This document shows, piece after piece, positions 47,269 through 56,263 of a DNA stretch of 64,000 nt. Where the stretch lies: positions 1 through 64,000 of IMG/VR virus record IMGVR_UViG_3300030329_003696. One strand, given 5' to 3'. A program made the position numbers and the translations under genes. The notes beneath the pieces were generated by a model, which made no database searches, had not been told where the DNA came from, and saw only the letters and a program-made list of their open reading frames with translations. The DNA comes from a virus. The first letter of the stretch is position 1. Each line of letters opens with the position of its first letter.

Positions 47269-48887
47269 ACTAACTCCTTGATCATCATTAGTTTATCCAA
47301 AAGGTTGATGCCTAAAACATCAAACTTAACGTGTCCGAGAGCCTCTAGGTCGGCCATTTCAAGGCCAGCGATCTTCTCTGTTCCGCTTTTAGGATTAACC
47401 ATAGGGCAAACTTTGTAAAGTTCTTCTGCCGATATTACAACACCGGCTGCATGTTTTCCTTGTGTCTTAAATGTTCCTTCTATGTCAATAGCCTGCTGAA
47501 ATAGTTCAGAATAATCACCCTCCAATTGACCCGCATCATTTATAAAACAATAGTCACGGAGGTCGTCTGGATTATTGAGCAATGCCCAACGAATAATCGA
47601 TCTGTCTTCTTCATCCATCTCGGCTAACTGGTCTGAGATAGCGGCTTCGTCTGGAATAGACTTAGTGATTTCATTCATTTCACTAAAACCGCAAGCATTG
47701 TTCACTCGCAACACTTCTTTCAAAGCACTGCGTCCCTGAAGTCTACCAAATGTTAACATCTGACTAACATTATTTTGTCCGTATTTATCTTTTAGGTAGG
47801 TAATGATTTCATCTCTTTTGCCACCGGGTACGTCCATGTCAATATCGGGTAGGGAGATGTGGTCATCTGTGTTACGACCGGCATTGTAGAATCTTTCAAA
47901 CAGTAAATCAAACTCAATGGGGTCTATCTGAGTTATACCAATGAGGTACGAGATTAGACAACCCGCTGCTGAACCACGCCCCGGACCTACCATCCACCCC
48001 TGAGTAACGCAGTAGTTAATAACATCCCAAACAATTAGAAAATAACCAAAAAGCTTGGCCTCTTCAATAACCTCATATTCGGAACGAAACCTATCCCCAT
48101 AAATCTTTTTCAGTTCTGGGTCTTTTATCTTGTGCGACAGAAGATCCGTCCACCCCTCACGAGCAAGCTCTCTAAGGTATTCCTTTTGAGTTTGTCCGTT
48201 CGGTGTATCGAATCTTGGTAGAATCGGTTGGCTAAGTATATTGTAGTTCTCGCACTTTTCAAAGATCTCGTCAAACGAATCAATCACTGGGTCTTCTGTT
48301 AATATCTTTGCTACTTCGGACCTATCTTTCAGGTAAAAGTCATTGGTCTCAAAGAAAACCGAGTTATCGATATCTTCTTTATTTGCTAATGATTTCTTAA
48401 TCTTTGGTAGCGTTGTCTTCATGCTTGAACATAATATGACCCTGTGTAATGGTGCGTGCTCCCTTTCTGTATAGTAGACATCCATAAAGGCTTCCGACTT
48501 CTTGTAAAAGTCCTTGCCTTTAATTGGTGATTTAGCTGGGTCTTCGGCAACACAGATAAAGTTCCCGTGGGAAGATAGCCTAACCAATAGTGGTTTGTCA
48601 ACAACTCCGTCCGAATCTATGCTGGAGACTATCTGTATTAGCTCAAGCCAGCCGGAGTGATTTTTGGCAAATAGCGAAAACCCATCAAAAGAACAGCCCA
48701 GTATGGGCTTTATATTATTACTTATGCACGCCTTGTAAAAAGTAACAGCACCAGATATAGACTTGTAGTCCGCAATTCCGCAAGCCGGAAAAGAATTTTG
48801 TGAGCATTTTTTAGCAAGCTCTCTAGGCTTAGAGAAACCCTTTTGTAGAGAATAGTGTGTGTAATTGCACAGTGGAAACCACTTCAT
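47265..48887 (-). CDS. dnaE: DNA polymerase III alpha, N-terminal half (degenerate PHP, palm, thumb)
   Basis: THYS..G, GPGRGSAAG, LLFERF, SLPDIDMD, GKHAAGVVI, KFDVLG; likely start ATG 48887 with AAGGA RBS. Confidence 0.92.
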   Translation of the reverse strand: MKWFPLCNYTHYSLQKGFSKPRELAKKCSQNSFPACGIADYKSISGAVTFYKACISNNIKPILGCSFDGFSLFAKNHSGWLELIQIVSSIDSDGVVDKPLLVRLSSHGNFICVAEDPAKSPIKGKDFYKKSEAFMDVYYTEREHAPLHRVILCSSMKTTLPKIKKSLANKEDIDNSVFFETNDFYLKDRSEVAKILTEDPVIDSFDEIFEKCENYNILSQPILPRFDTPNGQTQKEYLRELAREGWTDLLSHKIKDPELKKIYGDRFRSEYEVIEEAKLFGYFLIVWDVINYCVTQGWMVGPGRGSAAGCLISYLIGITQIDPIEFDLLFERFYNAGRNTDDHISLPDIDMDVPGGKRDEIITYLKDKYGQNNVSQMLTFGRLQGRSALKEVLRVNNACGFSEMNEITKSIPDEAAISDQLAEMDEEDRSIIRWALLNNPDDLRDYCFINDAGQLEGDYSELFQQAIDIEGTFKTQGKHAAGVVISAEELYKVCPMVNPKSGTEKIAGLEMADLEALGHVKFDVLGINLLDKLMMIKELV

Positions 48888-48927
48888 AGTTTGATCCTTC
48901 AATATTTATATTCAACTTGTCTACCCT

Positions 48928-48956
48928 ATTATAGGCTAGGGAAGGCTATTTTGCAA
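48928..48956 (-). promoter_or_regulatory. Sigma70-type promoter upstream of dnaE-N
   Basis: Minus strand TTGCAA (48956-48951), 17-nt spacer, TATAAT (48933-48928), in an intergenic gap. Confidence 0.8.
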
Positions 48957-48962
48957 TGGGTT

Positions 48963-49382
48963 TTATGAATTTTTTACCCTTTTAATTATATCTGTTGTTG
49001 AAATGTCCCTAGTGTAGGGTAGATATATCAGTAGGATCTCCCGCTCATCTAGCCATTCCTGCGTAAAATCCATCTGCTTGTAGTAGTCTCTTTTACACCA
49101 GTCGTCGCCAATGGCAATTATGTCCGGTTTAACAGAAAGTATAGCTGGCTTGCTATCTGAGCCACCTGAATTTTCTATAACTTCATCTGCACATCCAGAC
49201 ATTAATATGCTTTTCTTTCTTTCTTCAAAACTTAAAAAGGGTTTTTTACCCTTGTACTCCTCTATAAATTCATCTGTGTTTAAAGAAACAATAACTCTAC
49301 GTGACAATCTTTTGCAATTTTTTAGAAACTGCATATGCCCGTAGTGAAACAGATCGAAGGTTCCGCCGGTGTATAACTTCAC
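48963..49382 (-). CDS. Cytidylyltransferase (TagD/RfaE-like)
   Basis: GTFDLFHYGH (HxGH), NTDE, GDDW, PYTRDISTT. Confidence 0.9.
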   Translation of the reverse strand: MKLYTGGTFDLFHYGHMQFLKNCKRLSRRVIVSLNTDEFIEEYKGKKPFLSFEERKKSILMSGCADEVIENSGGSDSKPAILSVKPDIIAIGDDWCKRDYYKQMDFTQEWLDEREILLIYLPYTRDISTTDIIKRVKNS

Positions 49383-50237
49383 TTAACGAAACATCCTTGA
49401 GTAAGTAGCCATCCCACCCTTAGCTGAAGCTATAAAATGGAAAAATATAAATTCGTTTTCTGAAAATTGCCGCAAATTTAAATCGCCACTACCAACCTGC
49501 CAAGGCGATCCACATATCGACGAGGACTGCTTGAAGTTGCTGTCCTCCCAGTCGTCAGCAAGTGTTAACTCTATAATATGCTCATCGTGAAACTTTGTTA
49601 GACCGGGGTTTAATTCCGATGCGATTATTTGCCTTCTCCATTCTTCCTGAAGAAAATTTATTCTTTTTTTTCCAGCCGTCGTTAGGGGGTTTATACCATA
49701 CTCGTCCATCCTGCTTATCACTTTTTCGCAAACAGACCTATTAAAGATTGAAAAGCCAGTGTCAAGATTCAATCGTCTCTTAGGGGTGATTCCCACTTCT
49801 TTAAAAGCTACCTCATGTAGGAATGGCTTTCTAGCTAGAGTCCAAGTGCGTTTGTCCAAACTCAAGCTCATTTGGGTTTTTGCGAAGTTGCTAAGTTCAT
49901 CTTCGTCGCTCTGATATATAGAGTGGTTTATGTAATTAAAACCATCTTCTATGCAACCTCTAATGTCAACATGTTTGTTTATTACAGCTGTATCTAAATC
50001 AACGAAGATGCCGTATTGAGCGTCAGTTTCCAAGAATCTGTACAATCTAAAAATCTTTCTCAAGAGCGGAGTTAAGTTATCATTGTCACCGATTTGCTTG
50101 ATTAGGTGATTATCACTAGACAATATGTTAAGCTTGATATCGTGGTTAGCGAAGTAAGATGTTAAACTTGCAGTCGCGTCTAGATGCCAGCGTTCAGTGT
50201 TTGGAATTGTATTTAGTAAGAATGCTTCAAATTCCAT
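49383..50237 (-). CDS. Putative GT-A glycosyltransferase
   Basis: IFVDLDT (DxD), LDTGF, HDE, FHF. Confidence 0.5.
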   Translation of the reverse strand: MEFEAFLLNTIPNTERWHLDATASLTSYFANHDIKLNILSSDNHLIKQIGDNDNLTPLLRKIFRLYRFLETDAQYGIFVDLDTAVINKHVDIRGCIEDGFNYINHSIYQSDEDELSNFAKTQMSLSLDKRTWTLARKPFLHEVAFKEVGITPKRRLNLDTGFSIFNRSVCEKVISRMDEYGINPLTTAGKKRINFLQEEWRRQIIASELNPGLTKFHDEHIIELTLADDWEDSNFKQSSSICGSPWQVGSGDLNLRQFSENEFIFFHFIASAKGGMATYSRMFR

Positions 50238-50994
50238 CTCTACCTCCCTTTATTTTGTTATAAATTTCCATGTGCTCTTCTACAGTTATCGGTAAAACAG
50301 ATTGAATAAATCCTACGGGAAATTGCCCGTAGCATTTTCTCTCTATAAAATTCTGTAGGTTTGTGTATATATGTTCTTCCTCTAAGGAGAAAATTGCAGC
50401 GTAATGAGTCTCCCCCAATGCATACATGTCTGCTATCATTGGCCAATAGTGCGTCCAATATAGTGCGTTTTCGGTACAGTCGTGATCTGGATGGATTGCT
50501 TCGTATAAGTTTACCGCCTCACAAAAATCTCTTGTTAGCTGAGTATGATAAATACATGGGGTGACTGAGCAGTGAATTGGTGGGTTTGGCTTACCGAGGT
50601 ATTTTGAACAAGCGTTCCACCATCGCGGCTTTACCTTTAGTCCGTGCGTTTTCATCTTAGGTTTTCCGTCTTTGAATAACATCTGCATAGCATCCCCACG
50701 TTGCATAAAGAAGCAGTCTGCATCCATAGTCATAAACCATTCTGTTTCAATATGTTTGCTGGCCATCAATTTTATTATTTGCTGAATACGCCACCCCGTA
50801 TTGTTAGAAACCATATCCATATCAATGATATCCGAATCTGAGTGTGTGGACTTCAAAAATTTTGAGTCCGAGATAAGAAGGTGCTCGAAATTATAAATAT
50901 ACTCCATTGAAGGTTTCTGTATATTTTCGTAGAGCCAAGCGTCCTTATGCTTAGATCCAATTGGGGTTACGATGGTTATCTTATCAGATCGCAT
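50227..50994 (-). CDS. DUF6492-like putative glycosyltransferase
   Basis: GWRIQQIIKL, TMDAD, TP, TE..LY. Confidence 0.65.
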   Translation of the reverse strand: MRSDKITIVTPIGSKHKDAWLYENIQKPSMEYIYNFEHLLISDSKFLKSTHSDSDIIDMDMVSNNTGWRIQQIIKLMASKHIETEWFMTMDADCFFMQRGDAMQMLFKDGKPKMKTHGLKVKPRWWNACSKYLGKPNPPIHCSVTPCIYHTQLTRDFCEAVNLYEAIHPDHDCTENALYWTHYWPMIADMYALGETHYAAIFSLEEEHIYTNLQNFIERKCYGQFPVGFIQSVLPITVEEHMEIYNKIKGGRDGI

Positions 50995-52898
50995 CAGTCT
51001 TCTTTCCTGTCGAGAAAAAATTTATAAAACCTTTTAGACGCATGTCTTTTATCTTCAACAAACTCAAATATTCCATCCTCATTGATGTATATGTCATTAT
51101 CTAGGTCTAATTCACAATCCGTTATTATGTCGTGCCTAGTAACATATTGTCTGTTTTTAGAGTCTCCGTGCCAAATATGAAATGCGGGCCAAGGGCAAAA
51201 GGTTGAATTAAAATGTAGCTCCGCTATGTTATCTATAGTTTCTAGCATGAGCTTGGAATAGGTTTTGCCAAACTCTTTAAGTGCTCGATGTTTCGTACCA
51301 CCTATTAAAGCTGACATAATCCTTTGTATATCTAGCTGCCTTACTATACCCATGCAAAAGTATTCGTCACCACTACCTATTACAGCATTTGGCCAAGGGG
51401 ACTCACCTATCTTTTTCAACGAGTCAACCCTTGCCCCCCAAGCCAATCCTGGGTTTCCTACATATGGGTTGATTTCAACTCCGTCAAACTGACTCGGAAT
51501 TTTTGCGGATTGATCCTGTAAAGATGACACCCTTCCCCTTTTTATCATCTCAATGTTACCGTATTTATCAGACCACGCAATCACATCAAACAGCTGAACA
51601 AAGTCAAAGCCACTCTTCATTTTATCCAATGCGTACTCTAACCATTTAGGACTTTGAAAACAAGCGTCGTGATCAATCCAAAAAAAGTATTTTTTATTTT
51701 TGTCGATGTTTTTGAAAGCTAGATTTAGTAGGGACTCCTTTTGCCATAGACAATTTTTATCTAAAGATGCTGGTATTACAATGGAGTTTGGTATCTCTGG
51801 TTCTCTACCATCAAAGACAATCTCATAACACTTTACGAATGGTGCTATATTTTTTAAACTTTTTATCCATAACTTATATGTCTTCGTGAGCCTTTTGGAC
51901 TGTATGGCGTTATAGTGGATTGTAACTATCTCTACTTCGTCCATGTTATCCGGCATGGCATAAGAGGTGGGCAGTTTCCAGTTTTTAGAAATGGCCTCGT
52001 ACTCAGACGTTACACCGCTGACTAATTGTTGCAGCAGGTTTTTTCTAGCCTTCTGTTTTCTCTCCCCGTTCACATGTTGAACATAAGAGGTTTTTAGCCC
52101 GTCCCAAAAGCCGCTGGTTGCTAGGCAATTATTCCACCTTCTATCTAACCTAAAAAACTTATCATCGGGTAAGCACATAGAAAGATATTGTTGGTCAAAG
52201 CACCATATTTGAGGATAAGGCTCGCTAGGCTGCTTATAGTATTCGCAGCATGAGTTTGGTATAACAAGAACCCCGCTGTTGATCATAAACCTTGGGATGT
52301 TTGAATCAAACGGTCTACCAAATGCCTTATTTATAGTTTGATATTGGCTGATTATCCATTCGCGATCAGTCCAGTCGTGGTATTCATCGTATGCAGATAT
52401 CTTGTCGTCCGGAGTAATTCTAAAAAGATTAGGAGCGTTATCTTTCACCATAACGTCGCAGTCCAAGAATACTGTTTTTTCATAGACGCTGGTTACGTGA
52501 TAGAGCCTGAACTTGTTCCCAATCGGCCATTCTTCACATTGGTCTCCGGTTAGCTCTATGTAGTCTGCACCGCATCTCTCGGCATAAGACTTTATTGAGT
52601 CCCTGCTAATGTCTAGAAGTTCAGTTGCCGATTTGTTTGCGGGAATAACACAGACTGCAAACTTACTATTTTGCTCTGGAAGTTCGTCATAAAAATTAAA
52701 AACCGGAACAAAGTGTTCTCGTTCCTTAACCTTTCTTACGCTTTTAGACATGTTACTAAAAAATTTCTTCCTTTGCTTCTCAGTGGCGGATTGACACCAA
52801 GCAAAGTTGGGCGGAGAAATACCCATCTCCATGTTGAAGATAGGGCAAAAACCCGCCCGTTCACATTGACATTTAGATAAATCTCGGTCTTCCATCAA
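50994..52898 (-). CDS. Bifunctional glycosyltransferase (Cys-rich leader + GT8-like + second GT-A domain)
   Basis: CQC..AGFC leader; FLDCD, INSGV, FDQ, RWN; then LWQKE.LLN, FWIDHD, GLAWG, GSGD, HIWHG..NRQY..R. Confidence 0.75.
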   Translation of the reverse strand: MMEDRDLSKCQCERAGFCPIFNMEMGISPPNFAWCQSATEKQRKKFFSNMSKSVRKVKEREHFVPVFNFYDELPEQNSKFAVCVIPANKSATELLDISRDSIKSYAERCGADYIELTGDQCEEWPIGNKFRLYHVTSVYEKTVFLDCDVMVKDNAPNLFRITPDDKISAYDEYHDWTDREWIISQYQTINKAFGRPFDSNIPRFMINSGVLVIPNSCCEYYKQPSEPYPQIWCFDQQYLSMCLPDDKFFRLDRRWNNCLATSGFWDGLKTSYVQHVNGERKQKARKNLLQQLVSGVTSEYEAISKNWKLPTSYAMPDNMDEVEIVTIHYNAIQSKRLTKTYKLWIKSLKNIAPFVKCYEIVFDGREPEIPNSIVIPASLDKNCLWQKESLLNLAFKNIDKNKKYFFWIDHDACFQSPKWLEYALDKMKSGFDFVQLFDVIAWSDKYGNIEMIKRGRVSSLQDQSAKIPSQFDGVEINPYVGNPGLAWGARVDSLKKIGESPWPNAVIGSGDEYFCMGIVRQLDIQRIMSALIGGTKHRALKEFGKTYSKLMLETIDNIAELHFNSTFCPWPAFHIWHGDSKNRQYVTRHDIITDCELDLDNDIYINEDGIFEFVEDKRHASKRFYKFFLDRKED

Positions 52899-53458
52899 GT
52901 CCTCTTCACGGCAAGTCTATAGCTTTTAAAAATAACTTCCGTAGACCACCCCTTAGTCATCTCAACAAAACAATCAATTGCCACTTTTGGCATCTTGTGT
53001 CTTTGGCCACCATGATTATTATCCCATAGGTAATCGTCAAATAAAATTACACAACCCTTTTTAATAAGCCTGAATGATTGGATGGCATCACTCATTACAT
53101 CAATTGCTTCATGACTACCATCAACGTAGATACCGTCAAAGAGCTGGTCTTCCAATGTCGGAAGGGTGTGCTGTGACTCACCCCTAATCACTTCTATTCT
53201 GTCTTTAAGGTCTTCCATATTGTCTAAGAATAGATTGTAGTGTTCGTTATCAACATCGCCCCGCCACCAGTCAAGACAATAAAGCTTGTCCTCTGGGTGA
53301 TTGAACATGTTCTCAACGATCCACCTAGATGTTCTACCCTCAAAACATCCAATTTCTAGGAAATTGATGGGGTGCTCCCTTTCCTCGAAGAGTTTTGGGA
53401 ACACTCTAATCATATCCTGCGAAGCAACCGTGGTCCAGTTTTGCGTGTACCTTACCAC
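52895..53458 (-). CDS. Class I SAM-dependent methyltransferase (Methyltransf_24-like)
   Basis: FLEIGCFEGRT, FDGIYVDGSH, ILFDDY. Confidence 0.88.
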   Translation of the reverse strand: MVRYTQNWTTVASQDMIRVFPKLFEEREHPINFLEIGCFEGRTSRWIVENMFNHPEDKLYCLDWWRGDVDNEHYNLFLDNMEDLKDRIEVIRGESQHTLPTLEDQLFDGIYVDGSHEAIDVMSDAIQSFRLIKKGCVILFDDYLWDNNHGGQRHKMPKVAIDCFVEMTKGWSTEVIFKSYRLAVKRT

Positions 53459-54084
53459 GCCCTACAACTCCAGTAACGAGCTTTCCATCTCGGCCCCGGA
53501 TTATCGCAGTTATGGCGTGCCCTAAAACTTTTTCTGCGTTTTGGATTATCTTTTTTGATCTCCATGTTGGGATCTCCAAAGTTGACCTTAACCACATTCC
53601 CTTTACCATTCTTCACATAGACTGACATTTTTTTAGGACCATCTGGTGTTCTAAATGGCTTGCCAAGTTTGACCTTTCTACCCTGATACTCTGCCGCCCT
53701 AACCGGAACTAGATTCCTACCATTTTTTTGGTAGACACCTTTTCTCTCGTACTCGTAAACCTCGCCGGTCTTAGGGTCTTTGTATTTATATTTATTCTGG
53801 GCCTTCTTCCAAGACTCAGGATCTGGTCTGTCGGGGTCTCCCTTTTTTGCGGGCTTGTAGTCCTTACCTTCACGTTCTTTCTTCTTGCGGATGTTCTCCC
53901 ATAGACCCGGTTTAGCTTCTGAGATATCCCAGTCTTCAACCTCAGACTCTTCGTAAAATACTTCTTCGGCAGAAACATATTCTTCCTCTGCCGGTACATA
54001 ATAATTTTCCTCTGTAATTTCTTCTTCTGAGCCGTATGATTCAAAATAGTAGTGTTCATCAGCTTCAGATATGTAATCAGGCAT
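53452..54084 (-). CDS. Conserved-type phage protein (acidic N-terminus, basic C-terminal RKSFRARHNC domain), possibly an internal head protein
   Basis: PGLWENIRKK, AEYQGRKVKL, VNFGDPNM..RRKSFRARHNC..ARYWSCRAW, motifs familiar from aquatic phage proteins. Confidence 0.6.
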   Translation of the reverse strand: MPDYISEADEHYYFESYGSEEEITEENYYVPAEEEYVSAEEVFYEESEVEDWDISEAKPGLWENIRKKKEREGKDYKPAKKGDPDRPDPESWKKAQNKYKYKDPKTGEVYEYERKGVYQKNGRNLVPVRAAEYQGRKVKLGKPFRTPDGPKKMSVYVKNGKGNVVKVNFGDPNMEIKKDNPKRRKSFRARHNCDNPGPRWKARYWSCRAW

Positions 54085-54092
54085 GTTATCTC

Positions 54093-54758
54093 CTAAAAGT
54101 GTGGTAGTTCTGGAAATAGTTTATATCGTATATCTTCCCACACAGCACCAGTAATAATCATTGATGCCTCGTTGTCGGAAGGGTAGTGTACGCCCATAAG
54201 CATTCTAGCCATCCCAGCCATCTGAACCTTGTCAAAAAAGTGTTCTGAAAACTGTGGATATTTAGCTGCTAAGATGTAAGCACTCAAAGCGGCACCAGCC
54301 GTATGTCCGGATGGATAAGCTGGAGTTTGTGCGGTGTGAGAATCGAGCAAGTTGATGTCTATACCGTATTTCTCGGCAAGCTGATAAGGCCTTGGTCTGT
54401 TGTGTCTGTGTTTTAAATTGAGAATGATTGGTAGGATTATACTCCAAGACTTGTCAAATATTTCCTTGGGAAAAGTTATATTTAGCTTTCGTAGGGTCTT
54501 ATGAAACAAATCGTTGGGTTCTCGGTCTACCAGTTTAATTAAATCAACTTGAGAGTTACTTCTGTTTCTTGTCAGATTAGAAAGATACACAAGTTCTTTT
54601 TTGGTTGTCTCACTATTATTTTCTGGAGGGTCCGGAAGAATATCGTCCCAACCAATAGTAACCTTGTTAGACACCTTCCAAGTTCTTGTCTTGTCGGTGT
54701 ACTTCATGTTCTTAATTTGTTCGGATATAAATTTATCCGCACCGATTATATAGTTCAT
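54093..54758 (-). CDS. PAP2-superfamily phosphatase / vanadium haloperoxidase-like protein
   Basis: K...NRPRP, PAYPSGH, AR...GVHYPSD. Confidence 0.88.
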   Translation of the reverse strand: MNYIIGADKFISEQIKNMKYTDKTRTWKVSNKVTIGWDDILPDPPENNSETTKKELVYLSNLTRNRSNSQVDLIKLVDREPNDLFHKTLRKLNITFPKEIFDKSWSIILPIILNLKHRHNRPRPYQLAEKYGIDINLLDSHTAQTPAYPSGHTAGAALSAYILAAKYPQFSEHFFDKVQMAGMARMLMGVHYPSDNEASMIITGAVWEDIRYKLFPELPHF

Positions 54759-55039
54759 TGCTGTACCATCATATTCTTTGACCTGTTATGTTCGTCGCAT
54801 AGTGGACACATGTCCTGTTTACCAGCCGGATGTATTTCTCTGTCGTGATGTATCATTAAAATACCCTGAAGTATCTGTGTATCTCTAATCATCGAGTGTT
54901 CATTTATTTCTCTAAGTGCTGGATCGGGAGCCACAATAACGTTGGGCGTTCTTAGTTCCCTATACATGTAAGCACTAAAACCTAAGTTACATAAACTGAT
55001 TGCAAACAGCACGTATGCTGCACATCTAAAAAATTTCAT
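54755..55039 (-). CDS. Small membrane-anchored protein with His/Cys C-terminus
   Basis: N-terminal hydrophobic helix; HH...H..CPLC..H. Confidence 0.6.
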   Translation of the reverse strand: MKFFRCAAYVLFAISLCNLGFSAYMYRELRTPNVIVAPDPALREINEHSMIRDTQILQGILMIHHDREIHPAGKQDMCPLCDEHNRSKNMMVQQ

Positions 55040-55050
55040 TTTGACACCTG

Positions 55051-56262
55051 CTAGGAAAATAGTTCGGAAATTACTTTTCCTGAATTAGCTATTTTCATAG
55101 GTCGCCCACTATTACTTGTGTAGGTGGTTTGTAGCGAAATGCCAAGAGCCTTACAAACTGAGGCCATAACATCTTGGGATGAATATGCCATTGACTCCAC
55201 TCGTGTGCCGTCTTCGTTAGTTTCACCAACGGCTATGCCGCCGTTCATGCCAGCACCGCCAACGACAACACTCCAGCTTCTCGCCCAGTGATCTCGTCCA
55301 GCGTTTTGATTGATACGTGGAGTCCTGCTAAATTCACCCATCCATATGATAGCTGTGTCCTCCAATAACCCTCTTTGCTCTAAGTCCTCTACTAACGCAC
55401 TCATGCCTTGATCTAGCATGGGTAGTTTCGTGTCTCTTAAGGTTGGGAAGATGTTCTGATGATTATCCCATCCACCTAAACCAACTTCTACAAATGGAAC
55501 TCCAACCTCTACTAAGCGTCTAGCCATCAAGCATCCTTTGCCAAAGCTGTTATCCCCATACCTGTCCCTTACAGATTGTGGTTCTTTTGCTACTTTGGTT
55601 GCGTCCATCTCTGTGCTTGTCAAGACGTTGAAGGTCTTTCTTAATATTTTCTGATGCTCCTTTGCCATACTTCCCCGATTAGTGTTGATAAAATTAGTTT
55701 CTATCATATCGAGAACTTGTGCTCTTTGATAAAATCTTTCATCTATCTTTATGTTGAGATTTCTAATGTTGCCATCACTATTGAGAACCAACGGAGAAAA
55801 CTCTGCACCTAAGAAGCCTGCCCCCATACTCCCACCATTTACAGATATAAACTGTGGAATCATAAGCTCTCTGTCTAATTGCTTAGAGATGACGGAGCCA
55901 TAACTTGGGTGAACCATACTTTGGCTTGGAACATATCCTGTGTGCATGTAGTATCTGCCACGCATATGATCTGCTTCTCTGGTACTCATGCTACGGATGA
56001 TTGCCATGTTGTGCATCTGCTTGGCCATTAATGGCATGTGCTCGCAGATTTCAACGTCGCCAGTCGTAGAGATTGGCTTAAAAGGCCCACCAGTAGCAGC
56101 TCCGGGTTTTAGATCCCAGATATCCATAGTAGATGGTCCACCGCCCATCCAAAGTAGGATGGCCGATTTACCGTTTTTCTTTAGCTGCTGCTCATTAGCT
56201 TTGAGCGTCGTGGTTAAGGTGGCAACTCCCGCTAGGGATGTTAGAAATTCTCTTCTTTTCAT
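55051..56262 (-). CDS. DUF1501 family protein (Tat-exported), copy 1
   Basis: MKRREFL signal, WMGGGPS..D.WD, GGWDNH, GEFSRTP, GRDHW; likely start ATG 56262. Confidence 0.9.
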   Translation of the reverse strand: MKRREFLTSLAGVATLTTTLKANEQQLKKNGKSAILLWMGGGPSTMDIWDLKPGAATGGPFKPISTTGDVEICEHMPLMAKQMHNMAIIRSMSTREADHMRGRYYMHTGYVPSQSMVHPSYGSVISKQLDRELMIPQFISVNGGSMGAGFLGAEFSPLVLNSDGNIRNLNIKIDERFYQRAQVLDMIETNFINTNRGSMAKEHQKILRKTFNVLTSTEMDATKVAKEPQSVRDRYGDNSFGKGCLMARRLVEVGVPFVEVGLGGWDNHQNIFPTLRDTKLPMLDQGMSALVEDLEQRGLLEDTAIIWMGEFSRTPRINQNAGRDHWARSWSVVVGGAGMNGGIAVGETNEDGTRVESMAYSSQDVMASVCKALGISLQTTYTSNSGRPMKIANSGKVISELFS

Positions 56263-56263
56263 A

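Noticed and set aside
44678-48887. Split intein or self-splicing intron in dnaE
   Set aside because: No intein terminal motifs on either half; the intervening DNA is fully occupied by overlapping ORFs.
48903-48910. T4-type late promoter TATAAATA
   Set aside because: Lies only ~15 nt from the start codon and downstream of a better sigma70 promoter; other copies (~31083, ~33533) are antisense within genes.
29306-53458. Bacterial O-antigen/capsule locus, or eukaryotic giant-virus origin
   Set aside because: No wzx/wzy/ABC export genes. The region is interleaved with phage-type replication genes, uses Shine-Dalgarno sites and a sigma70 promoter, and is linked to a tape-measure tail module.
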